From Candidatus Methylomirabilia bacterium (GTDB taxonomy: Bacteria > Methylomirabilota > Methylomirabilia > Rokubacteriales > CSP1-6): a DNA stretch of 64,000 nt. The notes beneath the pieces were generated by a model. That model made no database searches. It saw nothing but the letters and a program-made list of their open reading frames with translations, and was not told the DNA's origin. Numbering within the stretch: the first letter of the stretch is position 1; every line of letters begins with the position of its first letter. Positions 45,566 through 54,354 of this stretch are shown here, piece after piece. Position numbers and translations under genes: made by a program. The stretch is from contig JBGQHJ010000003.1 of NCBI GenBank assembly GCA_041497895.1, forward strand, positions 13,012 to 77,011. The letters are read 5' to 3'.

Positions 45566-46336
45566 ATGGCCGACGAAGTTCTCGTCTCAGTCGAGGCCGG
45601 CATCGCCACCGTGACCCTGAACCGGCCGGACCAGCGCAACGCCATGAACACCGCGCTGCTCCAGGGCCTCCGCGCGGCCGTCGACTCTCTCGACGAGCGC
45701 CGCGACGTCCGCGTGGTGGTGATGAAGGGCGCGGGCCCCGCCTTCTGCGCGGGGATGGACCTGAAGGAGATGGAGCAGCGCCGGGGCGAGGCCGATCCGG
45801 AGGGCAACGTGGTGGAGGTGCTGCGCCGGGTGGAGGCCTCGCGCCATCCGACCATCGCCGCGCTCCACGGCGACGCCATCGCGGGCGGCTGCGAGCTCGC
45901 GCTGCACTGCGATCTCCGGGTCGCCGCGGAGCCGGTGCGCCTCGGGATGCCGCTCGCGCGCATAGGGCTCGTGATCCCGTTCCTGCTCAACCAGAAGCTG
46001 GTCGAGATCATCGGGCCCGCCCACACCCGCCACCTGCTGTTCACCGGGCAGACCGTCGACGCGCGCCGCGCCTACGAGATCGGCATGGTGCACCAGGTGG
46101 TCGCGCCCGCCGAGCTGCCCGGCGCGGTGCAGGCGCTCGCGCGCCGCATCGCGGACAACGCGCCGCTGTCGCTGGCCGGGATCAAGGCCTCCATCCAGCG
46201 GACGATCTCGGCCCGGGACGGCATCGTCCACGGCGACCTCGACGCGGCGGCCAACCGGGCGCGCACCAGCGCGGACGCGCAGGAGGGGCGGCGCGCGATG
46301 CTGGAGAAGCGGAAGCCGGGCTTCCGGGGCGAGTAG
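45566..46336 (+). CDS. enoyl-CoA hydratase/isomerase (crotonase) family
   Basis: ATVTLNRPDQRNA, GAGPAFCAGMDLKE, AALHGDAIAGGCELAL. Confidence 0.9.
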   Translation: MADEVLVSVEAGIATVTLNRPDQRNAMNTALLQGLRAAVDSLDERRDVRVVVMKGAGPAFCAGMDLKEMEQRRGEADPEGNVVEVLRRVEASRHPTIAALHGDAIAGGCELALHCDLRVAAEPVRLGMPLARIGLVIPFLLNQKLVEIIGPAHTRHLLFTGQTVDARRAYEIGMVHQVVAPAELPGAVQALARRIADNAPLSLAGIKASIQRTISARDGIVHGDLDAAANRARTSADAQEGRRAMLEKRKPGFRGE

Positions 46337-46340
46337 CGCC

Positions 46341-46970
46341 TCAGCGCGGCGGCGCGCCCGCCATCAGGGCCGCGACCGCGCGGGCCACCGGATCGTCGGA
46401 GGCGGCCAGCGCCTCCCGGGTGCGGCCCTGGTCCACCGCGTCGCGGTTCTGGCTGAGCTTGGCCTTGCCCTCGAGCCGGTCGATCGGGATCTCGAAGGCC
46501 ACGATGCCGCGCTGCATGCCGGCCACGTAGTCGGCGGGCAGCGACTCGAACGACCACGCCGCCGGCGCCGCGCCCTCGTAGACGTGCACCAGGTCCGCGA
46601 GCAGCGCGCGCACCCGCTCCGCGTCCTCGACGAGCGCGCCGGTGCCGGTCGCGTGCACCGCGACGTAGTTCCACGTCGGCACCGCCGGGTGCGTCGCGTA
46701 CCACGAGGGCGAGACGTAGGCGTGCGCGCCCGAGAACACCACCAGCGTCGGGCGGCCGGCGGCCAGATAGCGCCAGTGCGGGTTGGCGCGCGCCACATGG
46801 CCGCGCAGGGTGCCGAGTGACCCGCGCGCCGCGTCCACCAGCATCGGCAGGTGGGTGGCGAACGGCACCCCCGCGTCGTCCGCCGTGATCATCGTCGCGA
46901 AGCTCTGCGCCCGCATCAACGCATGACACCACCCCGTGTCTGTGACCTCGAAGTGCCGCGGTATATACAT
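46341..46970 (-). CDS. FMN-binding negative transcriptional regulator (PaiB family)
   Basis: MYIPRHFEVTD start, GTLRGHVARANPHW, VSPSWY, PTWNY, KLSQNR. Confidence 0.8.
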   Translation of the reverse strand: MYIPRHFEVTDTGWCHALMRAQSFATMITADDAGVPFATHLPMLVDAARGSLGTLRGHVARANPHWRYLAAGRPTLVVFSGAHAYVSPSWYATHPAVPTWNYVAVHATGTGALVEDAERVRALLADLVHVYEGAAPAAWSFESLPADYVAGMQRGIVAFEIPIDRLEGKAKLSQNRDAVDQGRTREALAASDDPVARAVAALMAGAPPR

Positions 46971-47076
46971 AGCTCCCCCACCCACCCGGAATCAGGGACT
47001 ACTCAGTCGGCCCACATGGAGAAGTCACGTCCGCCGCCGCACCCCTCGGGCCCGCTGTCCCACGACCACGAACCGA

Positions 47077-47238
47077 GGGCCGGGCGCGGGGGGCGACGGG
47101 GCTGCCTCCCCGGAACCGTGGCTTCTGCGCGTCGCCGAAGCCTCCAACATCCGATCTCGTGGCTCGCTCGCCGCGGCGCGCGCGAAGCGAGTCAGCGTGT
47201 TCCGGGGAGGCAGCCCCGCCGCCGCCCGCGCCCGGCCC
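47077..47238. repeat. 162-bp GC-rich hairpin element (about 36-40 nt arms enclosing two small hairpins)
   Basis: 47081-47116 matches the reverse complement of 47199-47234 at 34/36. Interior hairpins GGCTTC/GAAGCC and CTCGCT/AGCGAG. Lies 20 nt downstream of the TAA of the minus-strand gene ending at 47259. Confidence 0.55.
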
Positions 47239-47258
47239 GTCGCCTCGACGCGCCGCGG

Positions 47259-47456
47259 TTACAGCGCCGCCCGCCGAGCCCGCCGGACGACGTGACTGAG
47301 ATGCTCGCGCTGCAGCTCCAGCTCGGTGATACGCAGCAGCCACTCCGTCCGCACGCTCGCCATGCCGTCGCCGCCCAGCCGGTTGACCTCCTTGATCGTC
47401 TCCTTGTACTCGGCCAGCGTGCTCTCCAGCGACCGGAGCTCGTCCTCGTGGGTCAT
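47259..47456 (-). CDS. small coiled-coil protein (65 aa), unknown function
   Basis: ATGA overlap with the upstream epimerase-family gene. MTHEDELRSLESTLAEYKETIKEVNRL... has heptad-like character. Confidence 0.45.
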   Translation of the reverse strand: MTHEDELRSLESTLAEYKETIKEVNRLGGDGMASVRTEWLLRITELELQREHLSHVVRRARRAAL

Positions 47457-48325
47457 GGCGTGTCCTTCCGCGCGGCGCGGGCGATGGCCGCGATCTTGTC
47501 GGCGAAGTTCACCTGGCTGTCGTCCTGTGGCTCGTAGCCGATCTTGATGCGGGCGTTGGCGATCGACCAGAAGCGGTGGGTGTTGCCGCTGATGCCGTAG
47601 ACGATCAGGAACGGCACCCCGTGCTCGTCCCGGATGTCCTCGGTCTCGATCATGCGGACGGCCTGCTGCACCTGGTCGCGCTTCGACAGGTAGGCGCCGA
47701 GCGCCCGGTGCATGACCTTGACGTCCCCCGGCTTCACCTGGTCGATGTCGTCGTCGCGCGGCCCGCCGATGCGCCACTGCACGATCTCGAGGCGGCGGCC
47801 GCCCACCTTGCCGGTGGCGAACACGAAGCCCAGCAACTCGTAGGCGCCCTTGGCCCAGCCGTACCAGTTGTCCGAGCGCGGGGGCATCTCGGGCGTCACC
47901 ATGTCGAGCCGGCCGTCCCACACCAGGCGCTCGTAGTAGTCGGCCGCGTGGTTGGAGGAGCACACGACCACGCGCCGCACGCCCTCCTCCAGCGCGACCC
48001 GGCAGACGTTGTAGGCCAGCGCCACGTTGGCGTGCTCGGCCCAGAACTTGGCGTCGCCGTTGTCCTGCCAGGTGGTGGCGTCGAGATTGGGCGCGCTCAC
48101 GAAGCCGCAGTGGATCACCGCGTCGGCCCCGCGGAAGTACTCGCGGTAGAGGTTGCGATCCGGCCGGGTCAAATCGCTCACGATCAGGCCCGGCACCGGC
48201 TTGCCGGCGCGGGTCGTGGGCCGCACGTCGATCGGCACCAGGTCCCAGCGCTCGGCGAGCTCGGGATACATGCGCTGGGCGACGTACCCCGCCGCCCCCG
48301 TGATCACCACGCGTCGCTTGGCCAT
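47453..48325 (-). CDS. NAD-dependent epimerase/dehydratase family oxidoreductase (uronate dehydrogenase-like)
   Basis: VVITGAAGYVA, SSNH, YGWAK (YxxxK). Confidence 0.8.
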   Translation of the reverse strand: MAKRRVVITGAAGYVAQRMYPELAERWDLVPIDVRPTTRAGKPVPGLIVSDLTRPDRNLYREYFRGADAVIHCGFVSAPNLDATTWQDNGDAKFWAEHANVALAYNVCRVALEEGVRRVVVCSSNHAADYYERLVWDGRLDMVTPEMPPRSDNWYGWAKGAYELLGFVFATGKVGGRRLEIVQWRIGGPRDDDIDQVKPGDVKVMHRALGAYLSKRDQVQQAVRMIETEDIRDEHGVPFLIVYGISGNTHRFWSIANARIKIGYEPQDDSQVNFADKIAAIARAARKDTP

Positions 48326-48349
48326 CGGATCAGGTCTCCTCGTCTCGGG

Positions 48350-49267
48350 TCATCGCCACGTCCAGCCCTTGACCGGCGTCCCCGGAGCCGGCGAGGTCGA
48401 CTCGCCCCGCTCCGGCATGCCGGGACGGAGCGGAACGTACAGCACGGACGGCCGGCCACGGCCGCCCTGCGGGTAGAGGTCCATCAGGTCGTACACGGTG
48501 CGCGGCATCCCGGTCGAGATCGGCAGGCCGAGGCCGCGAGCCATCTCCACCGTGATCGGGAAGTCGTGGGTCCAGCGGCCCTCGGTCATGGTGGTGGCCA
48601 GCGCCACCGCCTTGTCCTTCGCCATGTGCTTGAGCAGCACCTCCATCACGAAGACCCCGACCTGCACCCGCGCCTTGGCGGACATGTCGGCCAGGATCAG
48701 CATCTCGTCGCTGATGTCCTCCGGCTTCTTGAGGGAGAGGAGCTTGACGATGGAGGCGGCCGGCATGTCGCCGATCTGGGGATCGACCGGTCCCAGGACC
48801 GCGTTGGGATCCATGACGATCTCGTCGGCGGCCAGCGCGATGAGCGAGCCGCCGGACATCGCGTAGTGCGGCACGAAGGCGGTCACCTTGGCCTTGCGCT
48901 GCACCAGCGCCTTGGCGATCTGCTCGGCGGCCAGCACGAGGCCGCCCGGGGTGTGCAGGATCACGTCGATGGGCTGGTCCTCCGGGGTGAGCCGGATGGC
49001 CCGCAGCACCGCCTCCGAGTCCTCGATGCTGATCGAGCTGCTGACCGGAACCCCGAAGAGGGTCACCGTCTCCTGGCGGTGGATGAGCGCGATGACCCGC
49101 GACTTGCGCTCCTGCTGGAAGCGTTCCAGCACCGACGACCGCGCGCTCTCGAGCTTGTTGGAGCCGTAGACCTGCTGCAGCACGACCACGATGAGCACGA
49201 GCCAGAACAGGGTCTTGGCCAGGCTGACCAGCCGCTGCCACCACGAGGTGGACGATCCTTCTGCCAT
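48350..49267 (-). CDS. SDH-family Clp-fold serine proteinase, membrane anchored
   Basis: Internal Met (MAEGSSTSWW) with an N-terminal TM helix. DVILHTPGG and AMSGGSLIALAADEIVM. Confidence 0.7.
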   Translation of the reverse strand: MAEGSSTSWWQRLVSLAKTLFWLVLIVVVLQQVYGSNKLESARSSVLERFQQERKSRVIALIHRQETVTLFGVPVSSSISIEDSEAVLRAIRLTPEDQPIDVILHTPGGLVLAAEQIAKALVQRKAKVTAFVPHYAMSGGSLIALAADEIVMDPNAVLGPVDPQIGDMPAASIVKLLSLKKPEDISDEMLILADMSAKARVQVGVFVMEVLLKHMAKDKAVALATTMTEGRWTHDFPITVEMARGLGLPISTGMPRTVYDLMDLYPQGGRGRPSVLYVPLRPGMPERGESTSPAPGTPVKGWTWR

Positions 49268-49275
49268 TGGCTCTC

Positions 49276-50730
49276 TCAGCGGTAGTCCGGCGGGGGCACG
49301 AAGCCCTGGAACTCGCGCTCCAGCAGCCGCGCGAGCTCGATGCACGTGCGGTCGCCGTACTGCGGCCCCACGATCTGCACGCCCACCGGCAGGCCGCCGG
49401 GCGTGAAGCCGCACGGGGCCACCGTGGAGGGCAGATACGCCACGCCGGAGTAGCCGGCCCAGAAGAGCTGGTCGGTGGTGGGCACGCGCCGGCCGTTGAC
49501 CACGATGGTGCGGTCGTGACGCTCGCCCACGTGGTCGTGCGGGAAGGCGGCCGAGGCCGCGGCCGGGCAGAGCAGCACGTCCCACTCGCGGAAGAACTCG
49601 GCCCAGCGCCAGCGCATCTTGTGCCGCAGCTCGTTGGCGGCGAGCCAGTCCCGGTGCGAGGCGGTGTTGGCGCGCATCATCCGCGCGTAGTAGCGCTCGT
49701 CGTCCGGCGCGAGCCCCCGCGCGATCTCGGCGTTCCGCCGGAACTCCTCCGGCGTCTGCCGGCCCGCGGTGGCGGCGCGCAGCAGGAAGACGTAGGTGCG
49801 GTGCGCCTCCGCGGTGTCGATGTCCGGGCGCGCGGCGAGGCTCACCTTCGCCTTCTTCTTGCCGAGGAAATCGGCCAGCGCCTGCAGGCGCGCCTGCACC
49901 TCGCGATCCACCTCCGAGGCGGGGTCGCTCAGCATCACCGCCACCTTGAACTCGCGCAGCGTCTTCCGGCGCGGCGCGGGCAGCGCGAGCCGCCAGCCCG
50001 CGCCGTCGATCTCGTCCGCGCCCGCCATCGCCGCGAGACCGAGCGCGAGATCGTCGGCGCTCCGCCCCAGGGGCCCGATCACCGAGATGTCGCCCTGGGC
50101 GACCCGGCCGGGCAGCGCCTGCCCGCGCGGGGGCACGATCGCGTAGGTCGGCTTGTGGCCGTACACCCCGCAGTAGTGGGCGGGATTCCGGATGGACGAG
50201 CCGATGTCGCTGCCCGCCTCGAAACCGGTGAGGCCGGCGGCTAGCGCGGCGGCCGAGCCGCCCGAGGAGCCGCCCGGGGTCCGCGCCAGGTCCCAGGGAT
50301 TGCCGGTGGTGCCGTAGATGTCGTTGTAGCTCTGCCAGTCCGCGAGCCACACCGGCACGTTGGTCTTGCCGAAGAGCACCACGCCCGCCGCGAGCAGCCG
50401 GTCGACCGCGAGGGCGTTGCGCGGGGCGATGTTGTCCTTGAGCGCGGGAAGCCCCCAGGTGGTCGGCATTCCCGCCACGTCGTACGACTCCTTGATGGTC
50501 ATCGGCACGCCGTGGAGCGGGCCCCACACCTTGCCCTTCCGCAGCGCGGTGTCCGCCTGCCTGGCCCGCCGGCGCGCGCCCTCCACGTCGGTGACCACGA
50601 TGGCGTTGAGCTTGGGATTGAAGCGATCCACCCGGGCGAGGAACGCGTCGAGCGCCTCGAGGCAGCCGACCTTTCGCCGGCGGATGTCGGAGGCGAGCTG
50701 CTTCGCGCTGCGGAAGTGCAGGTCGGTCAT
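49276..50730 (-). CDS. amidase (amidase-signature family)
   Basis: GGSSGGSAAALAAG, GSDIGSSIRNPA, KES..V.G. Confidence 0.9.
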   Translation of the reverse strand: MTDLHFRSAKQLASDIRRRKVGCLEALDAFLARVDRFNPKLNAIVVTDVEGARRRARQADTALRKGKVWGPLHGVPMTIKESYDVAGMPTTWGLPALKDNIAPRNALAVDRLLAAGVVLFGKTNVPVWLADWQSYNDIYGTTGNPWDLARTPGGSSGGSAAALAAGLTGFEAGSDIGSSIRNPAHYCGVYGHKPTYAIVPPRGQALPGRVAQGDISVIGPLGRSADDLALGLAAMAGADEIDGAGWRLALPAPRRKTLREFKVAVMLSDPASEVDREVQARLQALADFLGKKKAKVSLAARPDIDTAEAHRTYVFLLRAATAGRQTPEEFRRNAEIARGLAPDDERYYARMMRANTASHRDWLAANELRHKMRWRWAEFFREWDVLLCPAAASAAFPHDHVGERHDRTIVVNGRRVPTTDQLFWAGYSGVAYLPSTVAPCGFTPGGLPVGVQIVGPQYGDRTCIELARLLEREFQGFVPPPDYR

Positions 50731-50746
50731 GGAATCCTCCCGCCGT

Positions 50747-51469
50747 CTACGGCTCGAGCGAGAACGTCACGCTGACGGACGCCTGGATCTCCTGCTCGCC
50801 GGGCGCCACCGGCACCGCGCCCGCCGTCATCACCCGCGCGGCCATCTCCGGACGCGGCGCCGCCGCGCCCGCCTCCTGCACCGCGACCACGCGGCCGATC
50901 TTCAGCGAGGCGGCCGCGGCGTAGAGCTCGGCCCGCCGTCGCGCGTCGGCCATGGCGCGCTTGCGCGCCTCGTCGAGCATCGGCGCGGGGTCCGCGAGCC
51001 CGAAGCGGATCCCGTACACCGAGTTCGCGCCCTGCGCCACCTGCTGATCCAGCACGCGTCCGAGCTGGGCCAGGTCGCGCACCTTCACCCGCACCTGGTT
51101 CGTCACCTCGTAGCCCACGATCTCGGGCGGGCGGCCTTCGCCCCGCACCACGCGGCGCTGGGGCGATACGCTGATGCTCGTGGTCTGGATGTCGCGCGCG
51201 GCCACGCCCAGCGTGGTGAGCGACTGCAGCACCTTCTCCATGGCCTGGCTGTTGGCCGCGAGGGCCTGGGCCGCGGTCGGCGCCTGGGTCACCACCCCCG
51301 AGGTGATCTCGGCCATGTCGGGCGCCGCGCTCACCGTACCCACGCCCGACACGGAGACGGTGGCGGGGCGCCGCGGGAAGCCGTCCGGCCCGGGCACCGG
51401 CGCACAGGCGGAGAGCACGAGCCCGAGGGCGAGGGACAGCGCGGCGCCGAGCCGCGTCGATCCCCTCAC
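50747..51469 (-). CDS. SIMPL (DUF541) domain lipoprotein
   Basis: GTG start overlapping the antiporter stop (GTGA). Lipobox LVLSAC. SIMPL-like VSVSGVG.VSAAPDMA, EIVGYEV.N.V.V.V. Confidence 0.7.
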   Translation of the reverse strand: MRGSTRLGAALSLALGLVLSACAPVPGPDGFPRRPATVSVSGVGTVSAAPDMAEITSGVVTQAPTAAQALAANSQAMEKVLQSLTTLGVAARDIQTTSISVSPQRRVVRGEGRPPEIVGYEVTNQVRVKVRDLAQLGRVLDQQVAQGANSVYGIRFGLADPAPMLDEARKRAMADARRRAELYAAAASLKIGRVVAVQEAGAAAPRPEMAARVMTAGAVPVAPGEQEIQASVSVTFSLEP

Positions 51470-52752
51470 GCCGCGTGCTCCTGGGGCAGGGCGCTCACCC
51501 GGCGCCCGTAGACGAGCTCGAACAGCGGCGAGGTCATCAGGGTGGTGCCGACCGCCATCAGCACCATGATCGTGAACAGGGTGGGCGTGATCACGCCGCG
51601 CTGCAGGCCGATGTTGAGGATGATCAGCTCCATCAGCCCCCGCGCGTTCATGAGCACCCCGATCGCGGCCGACTCGCGCCACGGCTCGCCGGAGACGCGC
51701 GCCGCGAGGAGGCACGCCACGCCCTTGCCCACGATGGAGAGCGTCACCAGGACGATCGCGACCCGCCACACCGCTGGCGAGTCGAGCAGGGCGATCTGGG
51801 TGTTGAGCCCGGAATAGACGAAGAAGACGGGAAGCAAGAGCGTGGTGGTGAGCAGATCCAGGTGACGGATCGCCGCCTCCGCGAAACGGCCGCGCGGCAT
51901 CGCGAGGCCGGCCACGAACGCGCCGAAGACCGCGTAGATGCCGATCGTGTCGGTGACGAAGGCGCCCAGCAGCAGGACGATCAGCGCGGTCACCATCGCG
52001 CCCGGGCCGAGCCGTCCGTCCGCGTCGACCGCGCGGTCCAGCCCCCGCAAGAGCGCCGGCCCGAGCGTGAGCATCACCAGCACGTACAGCGCCCCGCCCC
52101 CGATGGCGAAGAGCGCGATCAGCCACGAACCCTCGAGGTAGGAGAGCACCAGGGCGAGCAGGCACCACGCGGCCGCGTCGTCGCTCGACCCCGCCGCCAG
52201 CGCGAGCGTGCCCATCCGGGTCCGCGCGATGCCCTTCTCGTGCAGGATGCGGGCGAGCATCGGGAACGCGGTGATGGACATGGCCGCGCCGAGGTAGAGC
52301 GCGGTCGCGCCCGGGGTGACGTGCGGCGCGAAGAGATCGGCGTCGCCGCGCAGGGCGAGCGCCGCGAGCCCGCCCAGCGCCAGCGGCGCCAGGATGCCCG
52401 CGCCCGACACCAGCGTGGCGTGGCGCACCCGGCCGAGGATCAAGCGATGGTTGAACTCCAGGCCGATCATGAACATGTACAGGACGAGGCCGAGCTGGCT
52501 CAGCGCGTAGAGGATCAGCATCGACGGATGAGGGCCACCCCCGGCCAGCGCCTTGGGGAAGAGCCACGCCTGCGCGGCGGGCGCGATCAGGCCGAACAGC
52601 GAGGGGCCGAGCAATACCCCCGCCACCATCTCGCTCACCACCTGGGTCTGGCCCAGCCGCCGCCCGAGCCAGCCGCAGAGCCGGCAAGCGGCCAGGATGA
52701 CCGCGAGCTGCAGGAAGAGCTGCACGGTGAGCCCGTGCGCGGTGATCGCCAT
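51466..52752 (-). CDS. CPA2 family monovalent cation:proton antiporter, membrane domain only (no RCK domain)
   Basis: 428 aa. QVVSEMVAGVLLGPS, MFMIGLEF, multi-TM throughout. Confidence 0.9.
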   Translation of the reverse strand: MAITAHGLTVQLFLQLAVILAACRLCGWLGRRLGQTQVVSEMVAGVLLGPSLFGLIAPAAQAWLFPKALAGGGPHPSMLILYALSQLGLVLYMFMIGLEFNHRLILGRVRHATLVSGAGILAPLALGGLAALALRGDADLFAPHVTPGATALYLGAAMSITAFPMLARILHEKGIARTRMGTLALAAGSSDDAAAWCLLALVLSYLEGSWLIALFAIGGGALYVLVMLTLGPALLRGLDRAVDADGRLGPGAMVTALIVLLLGAFVTDTIGIYAVFGAFVAGLAMPRGRFAEAAIRHLDLLTTTLLLPVFFVYSGLNTQIALLDSPAVWRVAIVLVTLSIVGKGVACLLAARVSGEPWRESAAIGVLMNARGLMELIILNIGLQRGVITPTLFTIMVLMAVGTTLMTSPLFELVYGRRVSALPQEHAA

Positions 52753-53246
52753 CAGAGCGAGCCCATCATGAACAGATCGAGCTCCTCGTCCTTGGCCCGC
52801 AGTCGCGAGATGAGGAAGCGGAGGAGATTGAGGTAGATCACCTTGCCGACGCGCGCGTCGCCCTCCGCGATGCCGCGGAACTCCTCGCGCGAGAGGAAGA
52901 AGAGCTTGGCCTGGGTCAGGGAGCGCGCCGCCGCCGAGGTGGAGTGCTCGTCGATCAGCGAGTACTCCCCGAGGCAGCGGCCCGGGCCCAGGGTGTTGAG
53001 GTGCACCTCGGTGGGCCGCCGCGTCCGCGTGCCGGCGCCGTCGGGGAGGAAGACCTCGACCAGGCCTTCCAGCACCACGTAGAGCCCGGGCCCCCGCGTG
53101 CCCTCGGAGAGGACCTGCTCGCCCGGATGCGTCTCCACCAGGAGCCCCCGGGTGGTGATGTGGTCGAGCGCGGCGGTCGGCAGCGACTCGAAGACCACCG
53201 AGCTCGCGAGAATGTGCCGATAGCCGTCCTTGCCGGTGATCTCCAT
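52752..53246 (-). CDS. cyclic-nucleotide-binding domain protein (stand-alone)
   Basis: G..V..EG..G..LYVVLEG.VEV...... then CLGEYSLID...SAAARS (FGE..L...R[ST]A-type cassette). Its TGA shares one base with the antiporter ATG. Confidence 0.8.
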   Translation of the reverse strand: MEITGKDGYRHILASSVVFESLPTAALDHITTRGLLVETHPGEQVLSEGTRGPGLYVVLEGLVEVFLPDGAGTRTRRPTEVHLNTLGPGRCLGEYSLIDEHSTSAAARSLTQAKLFFLSREEFRGIAEGDARVGKVIYLNLLRFLISRLRAKDEELDLFMMGSL

Positions 53247-53255
53247 CGGGAGCCC

Positions 53256-53261
53256 ATTCTA
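53256..53261 (-). promoter_or_regulatory. putative -10 box TAGAAT, 9 nt upstream of ATG 53246
   Basis: Minus strand reads gttcTAGAATgggctcccgATG with no SD. Confidence 0.35.
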
Positions 53262-53317
53262 GAACAGATCGGGCGGGCGCGCAGGGAGCCGGCGCGACGC
53301 CCGCGGCCGGGCACCTG

Positions 53318-53326
53318 TGCTACCGT
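53318..53326 (+). promoter_or_regulatory. putative extended -10 TGcTACCGT, 7 nt upstream of GTG 53334
   Basis: ctgTGcTACCGTacgcgccGTG. The same TGTGCTACnGT is found at 60054-60064. Confidence 0.35.
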
Positions 53327-53333
53327 ACGCGCC

Positions 53334-54245
53334 GTGAGCGAGAGCACGCCGTCCGCGGGCCGCACCACGGTGACCCTCGGCACCGCCACCCCCGGAGGAG
53401 GCTTCCCGGTCTACGGCCAGGCGGTGGCCGACACCATCAACGAGACGGACCCGACGCTCGAGGTGCGCCCGCGCAACACCAAGGGCTCCAGCGAGAACGT
53501 GCCCCTGCTCGAGGCGGACTCGCTCGACCTGGCCCTGGTGCAGGGCGAGGTGGCCCACGAGGCGTTGGCCGGCATCGACCGCGCCCCCGCGGACCTGCGC
53601 GTCCTCGCCGCGATGTACTCCACGCCCGGCATGTTCGTGGTGCGGGCCGACTCGCCCTACCGGTCGATCGAGGCCCTCAAGGGACGTCCGGTCGCCTTCG
53701 GGGCGCGCGGCTCGGGGCTGATCATCCTCGCGCGCTACGTGCTGGACGGCCTCGGGCTCGACCGCGACCACGACTTCCAGGCGGTGCTCCTCGACGCGGC
53801 GGGCGACGGGCCCGCCATGGTGATGGACGGGCGGGCGGCCGCGCTGTGGGGCGGGGGCATCGGCTGGCCGGGCTTCACCGCGGTGGCGCGGGGCCCGGCG
53901 GGGGCGCGGTTCCTGGTGCCGGACCTCGACGGGATCCAGCGGATCCAGCGCAAGCATCCGTTCCTCAAGTTGATGCTGGTGCCGGCCGGCTCCTACCCGG
54001 GCCAGACCGCCGAGCTGCATTCGGTGGGCTCGTGGAGCTTCATCATGGCGCGGCCGACCCTGGCCGACGACGTGGCGTACCGCCTCGCCCGTGCGCTCCA
54101 CCGGGGCGAGGCCGCGCTGGGCGCGCGCCTGGCGCAGGCGCGCGAGACCACCGCCGCCAACACGGTGGCCGCGGTCACGCGTCCGGAGCTGCTGCACCCG
54201 GGGGTCCGCCGATACCTCGTGGACGCGGGGCTCGTGCCCCGGTAG
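53334..54245 (+). CDS. TAXI-family TRAP-type solute-binding protein homologue, no signal peptide
   Basis: GTATPGGGFPVYGQAVADTIN, TKGSSENVPLLEADSLDLALVQGE, GARGSG. GTG start in the frame of ORF 52944..54245. Confidence 0.7.
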   Translation: MSESTPSAGRTTVTLGTATPGGGFPVYGQAVADTINETDPTLEVRPRNTKGSSENVPLLEADSLDLALVQGEVAHEALAGIDRAPADLRVLAAMYSTPGMFVVRADSPYRSIEALKGRPVAFGARGSGLIILARYVLDGLGLDRDHDFQAVLLDAAGDGPAMVMDGRAAALWGGGIGWPGFTAVARGPAGARFLVPDLDGIQRIQRKHPFLKLMLVPAGSYPGQTAELHSVGSWSFIMARPTLADDVAYRLARALHRGEAALGARLAQARETTAANTVAAVTRPELLHPGVRRYLVDAGLVPR

Positions 54246-54354
54246 TCTCGACCCGGTAAGTCCGACGCGCCCGCCGGCGCCGCGCCGCCGGTCCTCCTGT
54301 CCTACGTGGCGCGGGCGCGCGGAATGGAACTTGCTCGGAGGCGATCCTCGACGC

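Noticed and set aside
44395-46044. Upstream 550 codons of track ORF 43231..46044
   Set aside because: Only the last 387 codons (from MTVFPGF, with an RBS) are ACAD-like. The rest is antisense to the LLM and crotonase genes.
46851-47537. Track ORFs crossing the 46986-47258 gap (46851..47537, 46936..47295, 46999..47343)
   Set aside because: They read through a long inverted repeat, so the sense and antisense translations mirror each other. They lack an RBS and motifs and overlap real genes at both ends.
52752-53246. cNMP-binding protein as a Pycsar/CBASS-type defence effector
   Set aside because: No nucleotide cyclase, TIR, nuclease or pore-forming effector is adjacent. The gene is coupled to a housekeeping-type antiporter instead.
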